From positions 5,084,001 through 5,148,000 of the forward strand of contig OZ024764.1 of the NCBI GenBank assembly GCA_964016885.1: 64,000 nt of DNA, written 5' to 3'. This DNA comes from Eledone cirrhosa. Taxonomy: Eukaryota. Below are positions 23,342 through 37,579 of the stretch, piece after piece. The notes below the pieces were generated by a model that saw nothing but the letters and a program-made list of their open reading frames with translations, ran no database searches and was not told where the DNA came from. Numbering within the stretch: position 1 is the first letter of the stretch; the number at the start of each line of letters is the position of its first letter. Position numbers and translations under genes: made by a program.

Positions 23342-24393
23342 GACGTATTCTATTCTATAGCGATTAGGTCTTCAAAATGTTTATTATAAACATACAGAAT
23401 ATTTTCGAATATTCTATGTCTATATTCACATATATATCGCTATTTCAGAGCATTTATTCCAATTTCTAATTTCTGCCGGACCGGCAACCGCTCTTTCAAA
23501 CCAGTTCCTGTACACAGCTAAGTATTCTATAAGTCTCTAGCTGTGTCATTCTCGATAAAAGCACTGGATATGTAGTCCTGAAGATTTCTAATAAGAATGA
23601 AACGCGTAGATTACTTCCCTTGCTTTTGTCGAGAATCTAATTGTAATACGTGACGTATTCTATTCTATAGCGATTAGGTCTTCAAAATGTTTATTATAAA
23701 CATACAGAATATTTTCGAATATTCTATGTCTATATTCACATATATATCGCTATTTCAGAGCATTTATTCCAATTTCTAATTTCTGCCGGACCGGCAACCG
23801 CTCTTTCAAACCAGTTCCTGTACACAGCTAAGTATTCTATAAGTCTCTAGCTGTGTCATTCTCGATAAAAGCACTGGATATGTAGTCCTGAAGATTTCTA
23901 ATAAGAATGAAACGCGTAGATTACTTCCCTTGCTTTTGTCGAGAATCTAATTGTAATACGTGACGTATTCTATTCTATAGCGATTAGGTCTTCAAAATGT
24001 TTATTATAAACATACAGAATATTTTCGAATATTCTATGTCTATATTCACATATATATCGCTATTTCAGAGCATTTATTCCAATTTCTAATTTCTGCCGGA
24101 CCGGCAACCGCTCTTTCAAACCAGTTCCTGTACACAGCTAAGTATTCTATAAGTCTCTAGCTGTGTCATTCTCGATAAAAGCACTGGATATGTAGTCCTG
24201 AAGATTTCTAATAAGAATGAAACGCGTAGATTACTTCCCTTGCTTTTGTCGAGAATCTAATTGTAATACGTGACGTATTCTATTCTATAGCGATTAGGTC
24301 TTCAAAATGTTTATTATAAACATACAGAATATTTTCGAATATTCTATGTCTATATTCACATATATATCGCTATTTCAGAGCATTTATTCCAAT
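23342..24393 (+). repeat. inverted continuation of the 310-bp array (3.4 copies)
   Basis: Reverse complement of 22269-23320, separated from it by a 21-nt spacer (23321-23341). Confidence 0.9.
23572..23614 (+). ncRNA. minimal type-I hammerhead ribozyme motif (further + copies 23882-23924, 24192-24234)
   Basis: GTAGTC-CTGAAGA-t TTCT aata AGAA t-GAAA-CGCG-TA-GATTAC: stem I GTAGTC/GATTAC, core CUGANGA...GAAA...UH, palindromic CGCG in place of stem III. Pair 10.1-11.1 is a non-canonical U.U. Confidence 0.7.
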
Positions 24394-25167
24394 ATATATA
24401 TATATATATATGTATATATATGACTCCTCTTATAAACCACGTTGGCTATTATGACTCTCTCTTTCCCTCTCTATGTTGGCTATTATGACTCTCTCTCTCT
24501 CCCTCCCTCCCTCTCTATGTTGGCTATTATGACTCTCTCTCTCTCTATGTTGGCTATAATGACTCTCTCTCTCTATGTTGGCTATAATGACTCTCTCTCT
24601 CTATCTATGTTGGCTATTATGTCTCTCTCTCTCTATCTATGTTGGCTATTATGTCTCTCTCTCTCTCTATCTATGTTGGCTAATATGACTCTCTCTCTCT
24701 CTCTCTATGTTGGCTATTATGACTCTATCTCTCTCTATGTTGGCTATTATGTCTCTCTCTCTCTATCTATGTTGGCTATTATGACTCTCTCTCTCTATTT
24801 ATGTTGGCTATTATGTCTCTCTCTCTCTATCTATGTTGGCTATTATGTCTCTCTCTGTTCAAGCTTTATGAAGTTAGTTGAACATCTTCAAAGTCCTCCC
24901 ATATTCGCCTTGTCTAATATGCGTTCTTGTACCTGATTATTTCCCCCAAATCTCCTGGGATGTTATAAACCATGATGGCTACCTATCTCACAATTTCTCT
25001 CCTGCCCACCCCCTCACACCACCATAGTCTATTCGACCAATCAAACCTCAGAAACATGTCCCCACCCATTACCAACCCCAACAAACTCTGCCATTACTAC
25101 TACTTCTACTTTTCTTCTAGCCCTTACCAGCCCCAACAAACCCTGACATTATTACTACTATTGTCCT

Positions 25168-26596
25168 AGCTATGGGCTGAGGATAAATGGGGATACCCCA
25201 AATTAATAAATGAATATGAATCCGCGAGTTACCAAGCACCCATGCAAAGCTTTAATTCAGAGACAGGAAGCATACACACCCCACTGCAAAAATTCACCCT
25301 TTCCCACGAGTGGTGGCAAATGCCCAAAACTCCGAGTTGGAACCATCAATGTAAGCACAATGAAAGGAAGAGCAGGAGAAATTGTAGAGATGCTAGAGCG
25401 AAAGAAAATTGATGTATGCTGTGTGCAAGAGACTAGATGGAGAGCAGAGTCCGCTGGAGTCCTTGCAGGCAGAAGTCAGTGCTACCAATTTGTCTGGGTA
25501 GCAAATGACAACAGGATGGGAGGTGTAGCTATCCTATTAGCTGACAAATGGGTAGATAAGGTAATCTCAGTGAACAGGGTGAATGCAAGAATAATGAAAC
25601 TTGGACAAGTCCTGAATAAAACAATTGCCACAATAATATCAGCTTACGCACCCCAATTGGGGTTGCCAGCTGACTATAGCGGGGAATTTAGTTTAGAGGT
25701 CGGTGTCCACCAGGGCTCTGTTCTTAGCCCACTCCTGTTCGTTGAAGTATTGCAAGCAATAACGGAGGTGATTATGACCGGTGCCCATGGGAACTCCTAT
25801 ATGCGGATCATCTCACACTTATAGCCGAATCTATGGTGGAACTATACTTGCTCAGTATGTAGAAAAGGAGTAGGCTGGCTGCAAAAGGCTTTCCCCTCAA
25901 AATGAAAAGCAGACTGTATGATGTGGGTATACGAATAGCAATGTTACATAGTAGTGAAACCTTGGCGCCGTCTGTGGAAGACTTGCATAGATTAGAAAGA
26001 AATGAAGCCTGCATGCTCCGATGGATGTGTAATAGTAATATACGCGAACGGCAAAGCATAAATGAATTGAGAGAGTGACTGAGCATAAGAGGAATGAAAT
26101 GCTGTGTGCAGGAGAGGAGGTTGCATTGGACATGTGATGCGTATGAAGGATGACAGCTGTATAAAAAGGTGTAGAGCAGTAGAAGTCGATGGAAGCCGTA
26201 GAGTGGGGAGACCCAAGAAGAGCTGGGATGAGGTGATAAAAGCCGACCTTACCCAGTTGCACCTCTCAAAGGCGATGACACAGGACCGTCACCTCTGGCA
26301 TCAAGCAGTAATACAGAAGACCTGACTCCCCAGGGCTACAAGCGGAAGCTGAAGCGTATGCTCCCACCCTCTCCGACTGTACAGTGGACGTATAGGCGCC
26401 ACAGACAAAAAGCACCCAGGACTCACTGTAAATGAGGTTGGTGTTAGGAAGGGCATCCAGCTGTAGGAATCAAGCCAGAATCAGTTCCCGTATGAGCAAG
26501 ACAAGGTCAGCTGAACAGACACTGCCCACAACAGGACAACCCGTCTAACCCATGCTAGCGTGGAAGAATGGACGTAAAACAGTGATGAAGATGATA
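25168..26596 (+). mobile_element. internally deleted RTE LINE, copy 3
   Basis: ORF 25210-25824. Confidence 0.9.
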
Positions 26597-29500
26597 TATC
26601 ATATATGCCAGTGTACAAGTTGACATTTGGAGCCTAAAAATATCTCTCCAAAACCAGGGGTCGACTTGTCTGCTGAATATAGTATGTTACCTTTACCACT
26701 GAGGGGTATACAGTGAAACTGCCTGCCTAACACTTGTTGTACACCACTTACCATAACTCTAGCAACCCACCACATTTATTTCTACTGAATCTCATATTTG
26801 TTAAGTTTAACGTAGAGATTATAGTAATATCAATGTCTTGCTGTAGCTTATAGGGTAGGTTACTGTTGGGTAGGTTACTGTAGCGTAGGTTACCATAGGG
26901 TAGGATAGTGTCTGGTAGGTTACCATAGGGTAGGTTACGATAGGGCAGGATACTGTAGGGTAAGTTACTGGAGGGTAGGTTACCATAGGGTAGGTTACCG
27001 TAGTGTAGGTTACCATTGGGTAGGTTATTATAGGGTAGGTTACCACAGGGTAGGTGACCATAGAATAGGTTACTGTAGGGTATTTTACCATAGGGTATGT
27101 TACCATAGGGTAGGTTACCTTATGGTAGGTTACCTTAAGGTAGGTTACCATAGGGTAAGTTACCATAGGGTAGGTTACCTTAGGGTAGGTGACCATAGTG
27201 TAGGCTACCATAGGTTAGGTTCTGTATGGTAGGTTAGGTTACTATAGGGTAGGTTACGATAGGGTTAGTTACCATAGGGTAGGTTACCATAGCGTAGGTT
27301 ACTATTGGGTAGGTTACCATAGGGTAGGTTACTGTAGGTTAGGTTACGTAGGGTAGGTTACCATAGGGTAGGTTGCCATAGAGTAGGTTATTATAGGGTA
27401 GGTTACCATAAGGTAGATTACCTCAGGGTATGTTACCATATGGTAGGTTACCATATGGTAGGTTACCATAGGGTAGGTTACTGTAGGGTAGTTTACCATA
27501 GTGTAGGATACCTTAAATTAGGTTACCACAGGAAAAGTTACCATATGGTAGGTTACTGTAGGTTAGGTTACCATAGGGTAGGTTATCATAGGTTAGGTTA
27601 CCAAAGGGTAGGTTACTATAGGTTGTTACCATTGGGTAGGTTACTGTAGGGTAACATAGGTTACGATAGTGTAGGTTAATATAACATAGGTCACCATAGT
27701 GTAGGTTACCTTAGATTAGGTTACCACAGGATAGGTTACCATATGGTAGGTTACTGTAGGTTAGGTCACCATAGGGTAGGTTACTATAGGGTAGGCTACT
27801 ATAGGTTGTTACCATAGGGTAGGTTACTATAGGTTGTTACCATAGAGTAGGTTACAATATGGTTGGTTACCATAGTGTAGGTTACTATAACATTGGTTAC
27901 CATAGTGTAGGTTACCTTAATTTAGGTTACCATAGGTTAGGTTACCGTATCGTAGGTTACTGTAGGTTAGGTTACAATAGGGTAGGTTACTATAGGGTAG
28001 GCTACCAATGATAGGTTATGATGGGTTAGGTTCCATAGGGTAGGTTACCACAGTATATGTTACCATATGGTAGGTTAGGTTACCATAGGGTAGGTCACCA
28101 TAGTGTAGGTTACTTTAGATTAGGTTACCATAGGGTAGGTTACCACAGGATAAGTTACCATATGGTAGGTTACTATAACATAGGTTACCAAAGTGTAGGT
28201 TTCTATAGGTTGTTACCATAGGGTAGGTTACTGTAGGGTAGGTTACTGTAAGGTAGGTTACCATAGGGTAGGATACTGTAGGGTAGGTTACCAGAGGGTA
28301 GGTTATTATAGTATAGGTTACCGTAGGGTAGGTTTCCATGAAGTAGGTGACCATAGGGTAGGTTACTATAAGTTAGGTTACCATAGGGTAGGTTTCCATG
28401 AAGTAGGTTACCACAGGGTAGGTTAACATAAATTAGGTTACCTTAGGGTAGGTTACCATAAGTTAGGTTACCATACGGTAGGTTACCATAGGTTTGTTAA
28501 GGTTAGGCTAGGCTGGTCTACTCGGTGAGTTAAAACTCACTTGTGACTGTAGTGTTTTAGAAGAAGTGTCTTAATCTTTCGTGCACCACTAAATTTTTTA
28601 ACTATTTCCCCTGAAACTGCCTTATTTTGGGGAGGTTATCTTATCAATCGAATAGCGTCCTAAATCTAAATTACACCTCAGAATTTTAGGGGCCACGCTA
28701 TGTACCGGATAGACTTGTACACCGGCATATATATATATGCAAAGAGAGCGAGAGAAACAGCGGGAGTGAGAGAGATACATTAAAACAATAACAGAGGTCT
28801 GACTGGAGAATTTACTTTAGAATTTTAAGAGAAAAGAGGAAGGTTTCAGACTTCTGGAATTCCTTCACGAAAATGTCCTATTTATCTGTAACACAAACTT
28901 CAAAAAATGAGACAACCACTTAATAACATATAGATCATGTGAGCCCACCAGCTAGATAGATTTCCTTGTTACCATAAGACAGAGTGACTGTTATAAACAC
29001 AAAGTCCCTCCCTAGTGAAGAATGCACCTCCCAACATACCTTAGGAGACAAACTGGAAGAAAAGATTATAGATCAAAATCAAAAGGTCTTAAAGTCAATT
29101 TGGTAAAGACTAAAGTTCTAGTAAGTAGAAAGGAAAACAGGGCCCAGATCTCTTCAGGTAAACTGTCCTGCTCAGTGTGCAGAAAAGGAGTAGGTAGAAA
29201 TTCCATCCTATGTCCCATATAGAAATGATGGGTACACAAAAGATGTCGTGGGATCTCAGGGAGGCTAACAAAGAACGTAGCTTCTACATGTGGCCAATGA
29301 ACAGGAGATGGAAATATCAAGAGCTCTCGGGTTACAATCTCCTTCAAATACCCGAAAGTCTCTGTAGAGGTGGTAGATAGTTTCTGTTACCTAGGTGACT
29401 AAATCAGCAGTGGAGTAGGGTGGTCCCAAAACTCAGTAACAAGAGTGAGATTAGATTGGAGAAAGTGCAGGGATCTACTACTACTGCTAACAACAAAAAG

Positions 29501-30705
29501 TTTTTCCCTCAAAATGAAGGGCAGACTGTATGATGCAGGTATACAAACAACAATGTTGCACAGCAGCGAGACCTGGGCACTGTGTGTAGAAGATCTGTAA
29601 AGATTGGAAAGAAATGAAGCCTCCATGCTTCAATGGATGTGCCATAGTAATATATGCAAATGGCAAAACATAAATGTACTGCGAGAGAAATTAGGCATAA
29701 GAGGGGTTAGATGCAGTGTGCAGGAGAGGGATTGTTTTGGTATAGACATGTGATGTGTATGAAGGGTGACAGCTGTATAAAAAGGTGCCGAACAAACAAA
29801 GTTGACAGAAACCGTGGAGTGGGCAGGTCTAGGAAGACATGGGATGAGGTAAGGAAAGCTGACTTTGCACAATTACACCTCGCTAAGGCAATGACACAGG
29901 AGGGTGACCTCTGGCGCTATGCACAATTATAGAGGACCTGCCCTCATAAATCCACGAGCTGAGGCATATATCTAGTATGTAACACCTTCCCCACCATCAT
30001 CCCTCCCAAACACCTTCACCCCTATAACTACATCCACAATCCACCAGACATTTTCCCTACCAACACCCCACACAAGTTCCCAAACCTCACCATAAAGTGG
30101 TCCTGCTGCAGCCATGACAAATGTGTCCAGTCCACACTGTACAGTGGTCTTGTAGGTGTCCTGCCAAAAATCAATATTGGGCCTTAAAACCTTGAGTCCC
30201 TTTTGTTCTGTGTATGAACATAAATAATTGTTTCTACTTTTGGCACAAGGCCAGCAATTATCCAGTGCATTACTGGTACTTTATTTTATCGACCCCGTAA
30301 GGATGAAAGGCAAAGTTAACCTTGGCGGGATTTGAACTCAGATCATACAGGGAGGTAACTATGCTTCAAAGCATGGCGTCCGACTCTCTACCGATACTGC
30401 CAATCCACCGCCTGAACATAAATAAATAATTGTTTCTATTTTAGGCACAAGGCCAGCAATTACCCAGTACATGACTGGTACTTTATTTTATCGACCCCGT
30501 AAGGATGAAAGGCAAAGTTAACCTCGGCGGGATTTGAACTCAGATCATAAAGGGACGTAACTCTATGCTTCAAAGCATGGTGTCCGACTCTCTACCGATA
30601 CTGCCAATCCACCACCCTGAACATAAATAAATAATGTAATATATATATATATGTATGTGTGTGTGTATCTATTTATATATTTAACTATATTTTTTGTAAT
30701 CACAG

Positions 30706-30747
30706 GACTGTTCCACTGCAGGGTTCCGCTAGAGGAAACAGTGACGA
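30706..30747 (+). CDS. 42-nt symmetric micro-exon, class A (TVPLQGSARGNSD)
   Basis: CAG/GTAAGT borders; 2 substitutions versus 7232-7273. Confidence 0.65.
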
Positions 30748-31068
30748 GTAAGTTTTAGTTTTACACACTATCTAACCATTATTCTATCTGTTCCTTCCCG
30801 TCTCTCTCTCTCTCTTTATATATATATATTTATATATACTAAGGTGTATTATTGGTTGTGTAAAACGGTCCAATAAATTTTTGTTAGCAATATTAAGTCC
30901 TCCACGCTTTTGTATATCTCCAATTCCATTCAAGGGAACAGCTAGATGATGTAAAACGGAGTATTTCTATCAAAATGAAAATCCGAAGGCAAGGTAAAAT
31001 TTCCAATCATTTTAATCACATCGTGATTAAAATGATTGGAAATCTTACCTTCCTTTGGATTTTCATTT

Positions 31069-31102
<34 letters not shown>

Positions 31103-31741
31103 CTGTCTCTTATAAACCACGTTGGCTATTATGACACTCTCTCCAACATAGAGAGCTATGTTGGCGATTATGACTCTCTCTCTCCCTCTCTATGTTGGCT
31201 ATTATGACTCTCTCTCTCTCTATGTTGGCTATTATGACTCTATCTCTCTATGTTGGCTATAATGACTCTCTCTCTCTCTATGTTGGCTATTATGTCTCTC
31301 TCTGTTCAAGCTTTATGAAGTTAGTTGAACATCTTCAAAGTCCTCCCATATTCGCCTTGTCTAATATGCGTTCTTGTACCTGATTATTTCCCCCAAATCT
31401 CCTGGGATGTTATAAACCATGATGGCTACCTATCTCACAAGTTCTCTCCTGCCGACCCCCTCACACCACCATAGTCTATTCGACCAATCAAACCTCAGCA
31501 ACATGTCCCCCACCCATTAAAAACCCCAACAAACTCTGCCATTACTACTACTTCTACTTTTCTTCTAGCCCTTACCAGCCCTTTATTTTATTGACCCCGT
31601 AAGGATGAAAGGCAAAGTTAACCTCGGCGGGATTTGAACTCAGATCGGAAAGGGACGTAACTAAATAAATAATGTAATATATATATATGTATTTGTGTGT
31701 GTATCTATTTATATATTTAACTATATTTTTTGTAATCACAG

Positions 31742-31783
31742 GACTGATACAAAGGAGAGTACCGCTCTAGAAAAGAATGACAA
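31742..31783 (+). CDS. 42-nt symmetric micro-exon, class A (TDTKESTALEKND)
   Basis: CAG/GTAAGT borders, 42 nt, only phase 2 open. Confidence 0.65.
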
Positions 31784-31847
31784 GTAAGTTTTAGTTTTAC
31801 ATACTATCTAACCATTATTCTATCTGTTCCTTCCCGTCTCTCTCTCT

Positions 31848-31901
<54 letters not shown>

Positions 31902-32728
31902 AGGTGTATTATTGGTTGTGTAAAACGGTCCAATAAATTTTTGTTAGCTTTTGTATATCTCCAATTCCATTCAAGGGAACAGCTAGATGATGTAAAACGG
32001 AGTATTTGTATCAAAATGAAAATCCAAAGGCAAGGTAAAATTTCCAATCATTTTAATCTCGCCGTGATTAAAATGATTGCAAATCTTACCTTGCCTTTGG
32101 ATTTTCATTTTGATATATATATATATATGTATATATATGACTCTGTCTCTTATAAACCACGTTGGCTATTATGACACTCTCTCCAACATAGAGAGCTATG
32201 TTGGCTATTATGTCTCTCTCTCTCTCTATCTATGTTGGCTAATATGACTCTCTCTCTCTCTCTCTATGTTGGCTATTATGACTCTATCTCTCTCTATGTT
32301 GGCTATTATGTCTCTCTCTCTCTATCTATGTTGGCTATTATGACTCTCTCTCTCTCTATGTTGGCTATTATGTCTCTCTCTCTCTATCTATGTTGGCTAT
32401 TATGTCTCTCTCTGTTCAAGGTTTATGAAGTTAGTTGAACATCTTCAAAGTCCTCCCATATTCGCCTTGTCTAATATGCGTTCTTGTACCTGATTATTTC
32501 CCCCAAATCTCCTGGGATGTTATAAGCCATGATGGCTACCTATCTCAAAATTTCTCTCCTGCCCACCCCCTCATACCACCATAGTCTATTCGACCAATCA
32601 AACCTCAGAAACATGTCCCCACCCATTACCAACCCCAACAAACTCTGCCATTACTACTACTTCTACTTTTCTTCTAGCCCTTACCAGCCCCAACAAACCC
32701 TGACATTATTACTACTATTGTCCTTCTA

Positions 32729-33983
32729 GCCATGGGCTGAGGATAAATGGGGCTACCCCAAATTAATAAATGAATATGAATCCGCGAGTTACCAAGCACC
32801 CATGCAAAGCTTTAATTCAGAGACAGGAAGCATACACACCCCACTGCAAAAATTCACCCTTTCCCACGAGTGGTGGCAAATGCCCAAAACTCCGAGTTGG
32901 AACCATCAATGTAAGCACAATGAAAGGAAGAGCAGGAGAAATTGTAGAGATGCTAGAGCGAAAGAAAATTGATGTATGCTGTGTGCAAGAGACTAGATGG
33001 AGAGCAGAGTCCGCTGGAGTCCTTGCAGGCAGAAGTCAGTGCTACCAATTTGTCTGGGTAGCAAATGACAACAGGATGGGAGGTGTAGCTATCCTATTAG
33101 CTGACAAATGGGTAGATAAGGTAATCTCAGTGAACAGGGTGAATGCAAGAATAATGAAACTTGGACTAGTCCTGAATAAAACAATTGCCACAATAATATC
33201 AGCTTACGCACCCCAATTGGGGTTGCCAGCTGACTATAGCGGGGAATTTAGTTTAGAGGTCGGTGTCCACCAGGGCTCTGTTCTTAGCCCACTCCTGTTC
33301 GTTAAAGTATTGCAAGTAATAATGGAGGTGATTATGACCGGATGCCCATGGGAACTCCTATATGCGGATCATCTCACACTTATAGCCGAATCTATGGTGG
33401 AACTATACTTGCTCAGTATGTAGGAAAGGAGTAGGCTGGCTGCAAAAGGTTTTCCCCTCAAAATGAAAAGCAGACTGTATGATGTGGGTATACGAATAGC
33501 AATGTTACATAGTAGTGAAACCTGGGCGCCGTCTGTGGAAGACTTGCATAGATTAGAAAGAAACGAAGCCTGCATGCTCCGATGGATGTGTAATAGTAAT
33601 ATACGCAAACGGCAAAGCATAAATGAATTGAGAGAGTGACTGAGCATAAGAGGAATGAAATGCTGTGTGCAGGAGAGGATGTTGCATTGGACATGTGATG
33701 CGTATGAAGGATGACAGCTGTATAAAAAGGTGTAGAGCAGTAGAAGTCGATGGAAGCCGTGGAGTGGGGAGACCCAAGAAGAGCTGGGATGAGGTGATAA
33801 AAGCCGGACTCACTGTAAATGAGGTTGGTGTTAGGAAGGGCATCCAGCTGTAGGAATCAAGCCAGAATCAGTTCCTGTATGAGCAAGACAAGGTCAGCTG
33901 AACAGACACTGCCCACAACAGGACAACCCGTCTAACCCATGCTTGCGTGGAAGAATGGACGTAAAACAGTGATGAAGATGATA
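32729..33983 (+). mobile_element. internally deleted RTE LINE, copy 4
   Basis: ORF 32770-33423. Confidence 0.9.
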
Positions 33984-35761
33984 TATCATATATGCTAGTG
34001 TACTATTTGACATTTGGAGCCTAAAAATATCTCTCCAAAACCAGGGGTCGACTTGTCTGCTGAATATAGTATGTTACCTTTACCACTGAGGGGTAAACAG
34101 TGAAACTGCCTGCCTAACACTTGTTGTACACCACTTACCATAACTCTAACAACCCACCACATTTATTTCTACTGAATCTCATATTTGTTAAGTTTAACGT
34201 AGAGATTATAGTAATATCAATGTCTTGCTGTAGCTTATAGGGTAGGTTACCATACGGTAGGGTACTGTAGGGTAGGTTACCATAGGGCAGGTTACTGTAG
34301 GGTAGGATACTGTCTGGTAGGTTACCATAGGGTAGGTTACTGTAGGGTAGGTTACTATAGGGTAGGTTACTGTAGGGTAGGTTACTGTAGGGTAGGTTAC
34401 TATAGGGTAGGTTACTGTATGGTAGATTACTCTAGGCTAGGTTACCATAGGGTAGGTTACTGTAGTGTAGGTTACCATAGGGTAGGTTACCACAGAGTAG
34501 GTGACCATAGGGTATGTTATTATAGGGTAGGTAACTGTAGGTTAGGTTACTGTAGGGTAGGTTACCTTATGGTAAGTTACTATAGGGTAGGTTACCATAG
34601 TGTAGGTTACCTTATGGTAAGTTACTATAGGGTAGGTTACCATAGGGTAGGTTACCTTAGTGTAGGTAAGAATAGGGTAGGTTACCATAGGTTAGGTTAC
34701 CATAGGTTAGGTTACTGTAGGGTAGGTTACCATAAGGTAGGTTACCATAGGGTAGGTTACTGTAGGGTAGGTTACCATAGGGTAGGTTACTGTAGGTAGG
34801 TTACCGTAGGTTAGGTTACTGTAGGGTAGGTTAACATAGGGTATGTTAGCATAGGGTTGGTTACCATAGGTTAAGTTCATATAGGTTGTTACCATATTGT
34901 AGGTTACTGTAGGGTAGGTTGCTATAGGGTAGGTTATCGTAGAGTAGGTTACCATAAGGTAGGTTACCGTAGGGTAGGTTACTATAGGGTAGGGTATCAT
35001 AGGATAGGTTACCATAGAGTAGGTTACCTTAGGGTAGTTTACTATAAGATAGGTTACCATAGTGTAGCTTACCATAGGGTAGGTTGTTACCATAGGCAAG
35101 GTTACTATAGGGTGGGTTACCATAGGGTAGTTTATGATATGGTTGGTTACCATAGTGTAGGTTACTATAACATAGGTTACCATAGTGTAGGATACCTTAG
35201 ATTAGGTTACCACAGGATAGGTTACTGTAGGTTAGGTTACCATATGGTAGGTTACCATAGGTTAGGTTAGCAATGGGTAGGTTACTATAGGTTGTTACCA
35301 TAAGGTAGGTTACTGTATGGTGGGTTACCATAGGGTAGGGTACCATAAAGTAGGTTATTATAGTGTAGGTTACCTTAGGATAGGTAACCATAGGGTAGGT
35401 TACTATGGGGTAAGTTACCATAGGGTAGGTTCCCATAGGGTAGGTTAACATAAGCTAGGTTACCTCAGGGTAGGTTACCATACCATAAAGTAGGTTACCA
35501 TAGGTTTGTTAAGGTTAGGCTAGGCTGGTTTACTCGGTGAGTTAAAACTCACTTGTGACTGTAGTGTTTTAGAAGTGTCTCAATCTTTCATGCACCACTA
35601 AATTTTTTAACTATTTCCCCTGAAACTGCCTTATTTTTGGGGGTCATCTTATCAATCGAATAGCGTCCTAAATCTAAATTATACTTCAGAATTTTAGGGG
35701 CCGACTTATGTACCGGATAGACTTGTACACCGGCATATATGGTATATATATATATATGCAT

Positions 35762-35903
35762 GGAGGCACATGGCTTAGTGGTTAGAGCATTGGTCATGCA
35801 ATCGAAAGGTTGTGAGTTCAATTCTCAGACCGGGTGATGTGTTGGTTCCTTGAGCAAGACACTTTATTTCACATTGCTCCAGTTTACTCAGCTGTAGAAA
35901 TGA
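35762..35903 (+). mobile_element. second tRNA-derived SINE with CORE-like domain (copy 57593-57734)
   Basis: TGGCTTAGTGGTTAGAGC box A, GAGTTCAATTCT box B, then CCTTGAGCAAGACACTTT resembling the CORE motif. Confidence 0.7.
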
Positions 35904-37579
35904 GATGATAGGGACTGGGGTCCCTATCATTCCACTGCAAAGTGGTCGTGGAGGTGCCACGGCAAAAAAAGCACCCAGCACTCACTGTAAATGAGGTTGG
36001 TGACAGGAAGGGAATACAGCTGTAGAAATCAAGCCAGAATCAGTTCCCGTCCCGCCCTTGCAAGCAGGGAAAAGTGGACGTAAAATGAAATGATGAAAGA
36101 GAGATAGAGAGAAAGAGAGGGAGTGAGAGAGATACGTTAAAACAATAACAGAAGGTCTGACTGGAGAATTTACTTTAGAATTCCTTCACGGAAATGTCTT
36201 ATTTATCTGTAACACAAACTTCAAAAAACAAGACAACCACTTAATAATCGATAGATCAAGTGAGCCCTCCAGCTAGATAGATTTCCTTGTTACCAGAAGA
36301 TAGAGTGACTGTTATAAACACAAAGTCCTTCCCTAGTGAAGAATGCACCTCCCAACATACCTTAGAATACAACCTGGAAGAAAAGAGTATAGATCAAAAT
36401 CAAAAGGTCTTAAAGTCAATTTGGTAAAGACTAAAGTTCTAGTAAGTAGAAAGGAAAACTGGGCCCAGATCTCTTCAGGTAAACTGTCCTGCTCAGTGTG
36501 CAGAAAAGGAGTAGGTAGAAATTCCATCCTATGTCCCATATAGAAATGATGGGTACACAAAAGATGTTGTGGGATCTCAGGAAGGCTAACAAAGAACGTA
36601 GCTTCTACATGTGGCCAGTGAACAGGGGCAGGAAATATCAAGAGCTCTCGAGTTACAATCTCCTTCAAATGCCCAAATGTCTCTGCAGAGGTGGTAGATA
36701 GTTTCTGTTACTTAGGTGACTAAATCAGCAGTGGAGGAGGGTGGTCCAAAAACTCAGTAACAAGAGTGAGATTAGATTGGAGAAAGTGCAGGGATCTACT
36801 ACTACTGCTAACTACAAAACATTTTTCCATCAAAATGAAGGGCCGACTGTATGATGCAGGTATACAAACAACAATGTTGCACAGCAGCGAGACCTGGGCA
36901 CTGTGTGTAGAAGATCTGTAAAGATTGGAAAGAAATGAAGCCTCCATGCTTCAATGGATGTGCCATAGTAATATATGCAAATGGCAAAACATAGGTTACC
37001 ATTGGGTAGGTTACTGTAGGGTAGGGTACCATAGGGTGGGTTACCATAGCGTAGATTACTGAATGGTAGGTTACATTTCGTTAGGTTACTGTAGGGTCGG
37101 TTACCATAGGGTAGGTTACCATAGGGTGGGTTACCATAGGGTAGGTTACTGTAGGGTAGGTTACCATAGGGTAGTTATGTAGGGTAGGTTACCATAGTGT
37201 AGGTTACTGTAGGGTAGGTTACCATAGAGTAGGATACTGTAGGGTAGGTTACCATAGGTTAGGTCACTGTAGGGTAGGTTACCATAGGGTAGGTTATTAT
37301 AGGGTAGGTTACCATAGGTTAGGTTACTATAGGGTTGGTTGCCATAGGGTATGTTACCATAGGGTAGGTTACTATAAGGTAGGTTACCATACCATAGGTT
37401 AGGTTACCATATGTTTGTTAAGGTTAGGCTAGGCTGGTTTACTCGGTGAGTTAAAACTCACTTGCGACTGTAGTGTTTTAGAAGAAGTGTCTTAATCTTT
37501 AGTGCGCCACTAAATTTTTTAACTATTTCCCCTGAAACTGCCTTATTTTTTGGGTGTCGTCTTATGAATCGAATAGTGT

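Noticed and set aside
24442-24936. 164-aa MLAIMTLSL repeat ORF
   Set aside because: Translation of the ~30-bp (CT)n-containing minisatellite.
35762-35835. tRNA gene
   Set aside because: Box A and box B are present, but there is no closed cloverleaf and it runs into a SINE body.
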